From IMG/VR virus record IMGVR_UViG_3300034104_000851, positions 1 through 58,385 of that record: a stretch of DNA of 58,385 bases. One strand, given 5' to 3'. Position numbers and translations under genes: made by a program. Shown one piece after another: positions 53,072 to 58,385 of the stretch; within the stretch, counting starts at the first letter, position 1, and each line of letters opens with the position of its first letter. Below the pieces are notes generated by a model. The model saw nothing but the letters and a program-made list of their open reading frames with translations. It searched no databases and was not told where the DNA came from. Source of the DNA: a virus (taxonomy: Duplodnaviria; Caudoviricetes).

Positions 53072-54501
53072 TAGGCAGTTGTCCCGCTGAGCAGCAGTTC
53101 AGCGCCCATGATGTAAATCCGTACAGGGTCGGTGCCTGACACTTCGTAGACGCGGTCGCGTATCTTCATCGTCGCGCCAAGGCGGCGCCAAATGGTACGA
53201 TAGCCAGAACGGCCAATACGGCCCATCGACTTCCAGTGTTCGCTGGACCATGTGTGCCCGCCGTCGTCCGACCAGCGCAGCATGGCTTGCGGGTTGCTGC
53301 CTTGGCCGTTGTTCAGACCCACGCCTGTTTCGCAGTCAAGCTGCATGGAGTGCTGGATAGTACGCGCGAGGTTGTTAGCGCCCGTCGGCAGCGCGCGCCA
53401 CGACCGCAGCCATTTCTGCGGCGCGCCATCGTCAGCGTACACGGTCAAATCAAACGAATAAATCTTGCCGGTCTGGTAGTCGCCAACAACCGTAGTGGCG
53501 TTGAAAAACATCTGACTGCTGGCGCGGTGACGGTTAAACTCGCCGTTAGCAAACGACGCCCGCTCATGCCATGCGCCGGTGGCGGCGTCGTACACCCATG
53601 TGGTGTTGGCAGTGGGGAAGTTTAGCACGTAGAAGCTGTGGCCGTCCTGCTGATACGTGTAGCCGGTCGCATCTGAGATGTCGGCATACTCTTGCATCTG
53701 CCATTCGATAGCGTGCGTAGATACGCGCTGACCGATGTAGCCAGCGGCCTTGTAGACAATCCCTTGACCGCGCGCGTCTTTGCCCAGCCAGAAAATCTGG
53801 TTGTCCATCTTGGCGATGCTGTAAGGGGCGGCGCAGCCTATTTCGTTAAACGCACCTTGGATACGGGCCAGCGGGAAGTCGAGCAGCCCTGCGTCGTACC
53901 AAACTTCGGTCGAGTTGGTTCCGAATACCCACACTTCGCGGTGGTCCACAAAGATAGCGGCTACGTTGTCTGGGTTGCCTTCTGCGCTGGAAAACTCCAG
54001 CGGGTCAATGCTGGTTCCGTCCAGTAGCTGCGTAACCCAAATCTTTTGGCTGTTGGGTTCGTTGAACACAAAGTAGCCGTCGATGTAGCCGACCGTACCT
54101 GCGCCGGGGAAGTCAGGGTCGGTAATCTGCTGGAACACGTCGGTGCTGGCGTTGTAGATATAGCCTAATGGGTTAGCGGCGATGAATAGCTGCGTGCCGT
54201 TGTCAGCCATGCTGACAGGGCCAGAGCCGCCCACCGTGCCTTTAGCGACAGCGTTCCAGTTGTTGTCTACCTGAAACAGCGTCGGGCCAGAAACGACATA
54301 GCCGTAATTGCCATAAGTCCACATACCGCGGATCGGGCCAACGCCGATAGTCGCAAGAGCAGTCAGCCCCGGCGCGCGCTGAAGGAACGCTGGTTCCTTG
54401 CCGCCTTCAGGGACAATCTCAGGAAACAGGTTAACCATACGGTTGTCGGCGGCGTTGACGCTTCTAGCGACATACGCCGACCCAAGGATCGGCGTCTTCA
54501 T
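53071..54501 (-). CDS. Tail nozzle, gp10-like (B)
   Basis: Orthologue of 13433..14959 lacking the loop insertion. Confidence 0.9.
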   Translation of the reverse strand: MKTPILGSAYVARSVNAADNRMVNLFPEIVPEGGKEPAFLQRAPGLTALATIGVGPIRGMWTYGNYGYVVSGPTLFQVDNNWNAVAKGTVGGSGPVSMADNGTQLFIAANPLGYIYNASTDVFQQITDPDFPGAGTVGYIDGYFVFNEPNSQKIWVTQLLDGTSIDPLEFSSAEGNPDNVAAIFVDHREVWVFGTNSTEVWYDAGLLDFPLARIQGAFNEIGCAAPYSIAKMDNQIFWLGKDARGQGIVYKAAGYIGQRVSTHAIEWQMQEYADISDATGYTYQQDGHSFYVLNFPTANTTWVYDAATGAWHERASFANGEFNRHRASSQMFFNATTVVGDYQTGKIYSFDLTVYADDGAPQKWLRSWRALPTGANNLARTIQHSMQLDCETGVGLNNGQGSNPQAMLRWSDDGGHTWSSEHWKSMGRIGRSGYRTIWRRLGATMKIRDRVYEVSGTDPVRIYIMGAELLLSGTTA

Positions 54502-55211
54502 TAGTAGTTCCCGGCGTAGATGTTGAACCGCTGACGCGAAGCAATCAGGCTGTACGGTACCGACATGATGTCATCAGGATTGTTGATGCGCTTGATGTTA
54601 CGCTTCGACGACATCGCCAAACGGCGGACTTGCGATGAAGGCTCCGTGCCGAACTCAGGCGCCATTTCGCAGGCCAAGTTATAACGGAACGCACGCAGAT
54701 AGCCGGGCGGGAAATGTAGTTGCGTTGCCAGCGTCGCAGGCTGCGTCAGTTCTTCAACCGAAATGAAATGCCATGTCAGGTCCGCTGTGGGGCGCGGATA
54801 GATAAACATTTCAATGTCAGGGTACGTCATGTTGACGAAAATAACTTGCGGAAATGTCGATGTGACGGACTTGACCGCGATACCGTTATACTGCTGCTGG
54901 TTGATAAATTTGATGCCGTAGCTGACGCCGGTGCCGGGCTGGACGAAGTACGTCGATTCATCAAGCAGGACAGGGCGGTTGCCGACGAAGTCGCCGGAAG
55001 GCCCAAGCGTGCGCGATATTTGCCCTGCGGGCCATGTGAATATTTGGTCTTGTGTTGCAAAGACGGACAGGCGCTCTGTGTTCCAGCTATCAATCATCTG
55101 GTTCATGGCGCGCAGTGCGTCTTGCGATGTCTCAGCCGATGGAACTTCGCCTTCTGCCAGAACGCCTAGCAGCCTAAGCGATCCGTTAATGATGTCCCCA
55201 GCCGTTTCCAT
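54501..55211 (-). CDS. Head-tail adaptor, gp4-like (B)
   Basis: Orthologue; stop overlaps the gp10 start directly. Confidence 0.85.
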   Translation of the reverse strand: METAGDIINGSLRLLGVLAEGEVPSAETSQDALRAMNQMIDSWNTERLSVFATQDQIFTWPAGQISRTLGPSGDFVGNRPVLLDESTYFVQPGTGVSYGIKFINQQQYNGIAVKSVTSTFPQVIFVNMTYPDIEMFIYPRPTADLTWHFISVEELTQPATLATQLHFPPGYLRAFRYNLACEMAPEFGTEPSSQVRRLAMSSKRNIKRINNPDDIMSVPYSLIASRQRFNIYAGNY

Positions 55212-55214
55212 TGG

Positions 55215-55394
55215 TTAGTCTTCCTGCGTTGTGCGGCGACGGCTATTGCGCGCCGGCATTTCGTTTACTGGCGCCTCTACAGGCGCGTCAGGATTATAGC
55301 GTTCCCAACCAAAATATTCATCAGAAATCGCTTCTTCTTCTGAAATAGCAACTTTTGCGCCGTGGACGTCGTGAACAAGGTAGATAACAGCCAT
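55215..55394 (-). CDS. 59-aa hypothetical protein (B)
   Basis: Orthologue of 17027..17203. Confidence 0.75.
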   Translation of the reverse strand: MAVIYLVHDVHGAKVAISEEEAISDEYFGWERYNPDAPVEAPVNEMPARNSRRRTTQED

Positions 55395-55437
55395 AGAAAC
55401 TCCGTAAAATGGACGGCCCGAAAGCCGCCCAAATTAG

Positions 55438-55851
55438 TTAAACGCAATGCAAAATAGCAAAGTTAATCACTACTGCTTCTGACAGCGTGCCGCCAGAAAT
55501 GTTGCGTAGGCTGATGCTGACAGAGCCAGCAGCCAGCGCGTTAGCAAACACGTTGTATGATCCGGGGGTAGCTTGACCACCAGAGATAGTAAGAACAACA
55601 GTGTCATTTGCAGAAATGAAGCTGTTGTTCAGCGTGAACGTAGCGTTAGTTGCAGTGTTTAAAGACGCGTTGTTCATGGTAATGCGGCCAGCAGGCTTGT
55701 TCAGCGTAACGGCAGTTGACTTATCTGTCGCTTGCGTAACTGTACCTTGGGCTGCGGCGGTGTAGCCGAATTGCTCATCGCTCAAGAGATATTGTGCGCC
55801 AATAATATCTTGGTCGAGGAAAGCAACACCAATAGATTTTGTATTAGCCAT
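55438..55851 (-). CDS. Capsid accessory protein (B)
   Basis: Orthologue of 17248..17661. Confidence 0.6.
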   Translation of the reverse strand: MANTKSIGVAFLDQDIIGAQYLLSDEQFGYTAAAQGTVTQATDKSTAVTLNKPAGRITMNNASLNTATNATFTLNNSFISANDTVVLTISGGQATPGSYNVFANALAAGSVSISLRNISGGTLSEAVVINFAILHCV

Positions 55852-55899
55852 TGATTTTCTCCTGAAAAGGATGCCCCGACCGTAGCCGGGGCAAACCTA

Positions 55900-56298
55900 T
55901 TAGCCAGCGATGCGGTACAGGTTGTACGTTGTCGCGCTGGTTTTAACAGCACGGAACAATACGCTCTTGGATGCAACGCCTGCGCCGGAACCAACCAACG
56001 TCCAGCCTGTGCCAGCCGTGATGGTAGGAACGCCGGTGCTGGTAGCAATCAAAGCAAACTCGAACGACGAGTTAACTTTGGCGCTGCTAACGTCAGCGTC
56101 AACAACGCTAACAGCAGGAAGCGCAAGGTCAGCAGTGCTGCTTGATGTGTATACAACTGCGCCGCCAGCCAAATCGGCAGTGGTCAGCGTAACACCTGCG
56201 GTGTACGCAGTAGGGATTGCGGATACGCCCAGCGTGACTTCGCCGAGGTTGCCGTCGCCAACTTGATAACCGCCGGCGCCATTAGGTAGAATAGCCAT
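55900..56298 (-). CDS. Capsid decoration protein (B)
   Basis: Orthologue of 17710..18108. Confidence 0.6.
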   Translation of the reverse strand: MAILPNGAGGYQVGDGNLGEVTLGVSAIPTAYTAGVTLTTADLAGGAVVYTSSSTADLALPAVSVVDADVSSAKVNSSFEFALIATSTGVPTITAGTGWTLVGSGAGVASKSVLFRAVKTSATTYNLYRIAG

Positions 56299-56321
56299 GA
56301 TAAAAATCCTTTAAAATGTTT

Positions 56322-56343
56322 GGCCTCCGGCGAACCGGAGGCC
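56322..56343 (-). other. UUCG hairpin after coat (B)
   Basis: GGCCTCCGG-TTCG-CCGGAGGCC. Confidence 0.8.
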
Positions 56344-56352
56344 ATGATTAAA

Positions 56353-57561
56353 TTAGCCCCACATCCGGACGGCCATTTGCGGACGGATCGTGCTGTAACC
56401 ATACAGAACGTCAATACGGCAAGGCATACGGTCGTTGTTGATGTCGTACTGACGAACAACGCGAAGCGAGATGCCGTTGTGTACCTGACGCGATGCCATG
56501 TCTACGCCCTGTGGGAGCAGAAGGTCGGCGGTTGCGAAGGTGATGGCGTCCTTGTGGTAGATGAGGTTCTGCGCGTATTGCGAAGAAGCCGCACCAACGA
56601 ACACTACAGCCTTGCTGTTGCCGGGCAGTGTGTTGACAGTGGCAAGAGCGTGACCAGCCGAGTAGATCGGTGCAACAGTGATGCTGCCTGCGCCAGAGCT
56701 GTTGAGCAAGACATCAGCCAATGCAACGAACTGGAACAACGAACCTGTGCTTTCACGGGTCTGTGGGTTAACTGCAAAGCAGTCAGCTACAGTGAACACG
56801 TCGCCAGCCTTGACAGTAGCAGCGTTACCAGCACCAGTGATGGCGATGGTGGTTGCGCCTTCCGACGTAACAGCCGCCGAAGTCGAACCGCCGGTTGCAG
56901 TACGCGAACCAGTGGTGAACTGCTTGATGGACTGCGACATATTGATTTCGTCGAAACCAAGTACGCCAGTACCCATCATGCCGTTCTTGAACTGCTTGCT
57001 GATCGTGTCAGTTGGGTTGAATAGACCCTTCATGCCTTCGACCAAGCCAGCGTTTGCGGCTGGGTTGACAGTGGCATAACGTGGCGACATCACGGCGGCG
57101 TTTTCGTTGAGCTTCTGCTGTGCAGCAAGAAGAACAGCCGAAGTAGCTGGCGTAGTGCCGGGCGTGCCGACCGAGTTACCGATGGTCGCGTAAGCGTTGG
57201 CAACGTCTGCGTCGATGCTCGAAGCAAGCTGCGAGATACGTGGCTTCAAAACGCGCTCTGCGAAATCGTCCAACTGCATGGTCAATTCAGCAGTCGTGAA
57301 GTTGACGCCGATGTGCTTCTGGTTGGCAACGGTCAGAGTTGTGAACTGCTCGTTGTCGTCCTGTACCTGAAGGGCTGCGCCATCAGTTACAAGTGCGCGG
57401 TCTGGAAGACGGATACGCAGGGTTGAACCAATTTTAGCACCTTCAACAGCAAAGCTGTCGTCGTACTGACGGTTTACGTTACGTGTAAGAACAAGGTTGT
57501 TTTCGAGAATCTCAAGCGCCTTGCGCGTGATCATGTCGATTGTTAAAATCGAGTTAGACAT
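56353..57561 (-). CDS. Major capsid protein (B)
   Basis: Orthologue of 18163..19371. Confidence 0.92.
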   Translation of the reverse strand: MSNSILTIDMITRKALEILENNLVLTRNVNRQYDDSFAVEGAKIGSTLRIRLPDRALVTDGAALQVQDDNEQFTTLTVANQKHIGVNFTTAELTMQLDDFAERVLKPRISQLASSIDADVANAYATIGNSVGTPGTTPATSAVLLAAQQKLNENAAVMSPRYATVNPAANAGLVEGMKGLFNPTDTISKQFKNGMMGTGVLGFDEINMSQSIKQFTTGSRTATGGSTSAAVTSEGATTIAITGAGNAATVKAGDVFTVADCFAVNPQTRESTGSLFQFVALADVLLNSSGAGSITVAPIYSAGHALATVNTLPGNSKAVVFVGAASSQYAQNLIYHKDAITFATADLLLPQGVDMASRQVHNGISLRVVRQYDINNDRMPCRIDVLYGYSTIRPQMAVRMWG

Positions 57562-57576
57562 GGTAATAATCCTAAA

Positions 57577-58365
57577 TTATCGGTTGCGTTGTGCCTCGTA
57601 CTTCTTGATCTGCCGTTGCCGTTCTGCCTCAATCCAATCTGACGTACTCATGGACTTTACGGCCCGTGGGTCTGTCGTATCAAATGTCGGCGCACCAGAG
57701 GTGCGGGCAGTGACAGGTGCAATCGGTGCCGGGGCGTTGGAGGTTTTTTTGAACGTAGGTTCGGCTGTAAGCCGCGCCTCGATCATACCAATTTCCCTAG
57801 CTTGCAAAATGGGGTCCATACGCGAGATACGCTGGGCGTCTTTTGTGTTGATGCCTAAGTGATAAATCACGTCGGGACCAATATCGGACGCTTGTATTGC
57901 CATCGCCATCGCGTCGGTGATCGGAAGGTTGGGGTTATAGGCGACTTGTTCAAAGTCGTCATATTTGTCCCGCGCTGCCTCTTCACGTTCGTGATAAGAC
58001 TCTAGCATTGCACGTTGCTGGCTGTCCTTTTCACGGCGTGCCAGCAGTTCTTCGGCTTTACGTTCGGCCAAAACCTCTGCGTAATCCTCATAAGTCTCAA
58101 ATTGATCAGGGGTAATGTCGTGGATCGGCTGCTGCCGTGCCTGCATTTCCTCTGCTCTTTGAGCCTGTTCGCGTTCCCATTTACGCTGCTCTCTTGCGAG
58201 TCGTTTGCCTACAATGGCGTCCAAGTCTTCTTGTGTGAAGGTCTTGGGTGCTTCCTGCTCAGCAGACTGCTCTTCCGGCGTCGTGTTTTCTACAGGCTCG
58301 ATTGCTGCCGTGGCTTCGAGTTCTGGCGCGGAGGCATCCGCTTCGGTAAAGACATTATCGTCCAT
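57577..58365 (-). CDS. Scaffolding protein (B)
   Basis: Orthologue of 19387..20175. Confidence 0.8.
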   Translation of the reverse strand: MDDNVFTEADASAPELEATAAIEPVENTTPEEQSAEQEAPKTFTQEDLDAIVGKRLAREQRKWEREQAQRAEEMQARQQPIHDITPDQFETYEDYAEVLAERKAEELLARREKDSQQRAMLESYHEREEAARDKYDDFEQVAYNPNLPITDAMAMAIQASDIGPDVIYHLGINTKDAQRISRMDPILQAREIGMIEARLTAEPTFKKTSNAPAPIAPVTARTSGAPTFDTTDPRAVKSMSTSDWIEAERQRQIKKYEAQRNR

Positions 58366-58385
58366 GTTTAACCCTTAAAGAGTTC

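Larger units (their letters stand above)
40672..58385. repeat. Variant B of segment 1-20195 (2481 bp shorter)
   Basis: Offset 40671 at the start and 38190 at the end. Confidence 0.97.

Noticed and set aside
40672-58385. Terminal redundancy or concatemer of one genome
   Set aside because: The copies differ by many synonymous changes and whole modules; redundancy would be identical
1-58385. Tandem prophages
   Set aside because: No integrase, att site, repressor or host gene recognised

Overview
The window is entirely phage: a P22-like podovirus structural module (terminase, portal, scaffold, coat, gp4/gp10-like tail, ejection proteins, several fibres/tailspikes) plus a replication module (PolA, RepB-primase/helicase, SSB, DUF2800 nuclease, VRR-NUC, SNF2 helicase) and a cluster of small early genes. 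I found no integrase, repressor or host gene. The host is probably an alphaproteobacterium (inference). The genome appears about 1.4 times: 1-20195 (variant A) recurs in diverged form at 40672-58385 (variant B). The window ends match their internal counterparts exactly for only 126 and 127 nt, which points to an assembly path through two related phage variants (about 40.7 and 38.2 kb) rather than one molecule. Main leads: (1) a two-hairpin sRNA with its own promoter behind the primase gene, whose loops are complementary to GAGUGAG/GGAGCA motifs at the start regions of the primase, polymerase, nuclease and early genes, several of which present the motif in a hairpin loop; (2) a short LxTExxxNxxxEDGxxL peptide that co-occurs with fibres starting I(S/T)xLxxAxSPLAxTxxxPxVQxGxT, a candidate modular docking system on the tail nozzle and possibly the head; (3) a cloverleaf ncRNA upstream of terS; (4) a stand-alone IleRS C-terminal-like protein; (5) a GNAT versus hydroxylase+GNAT swap in front of the first ejection protein. 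All family calls come from motif recognition by eye; no searches were run.
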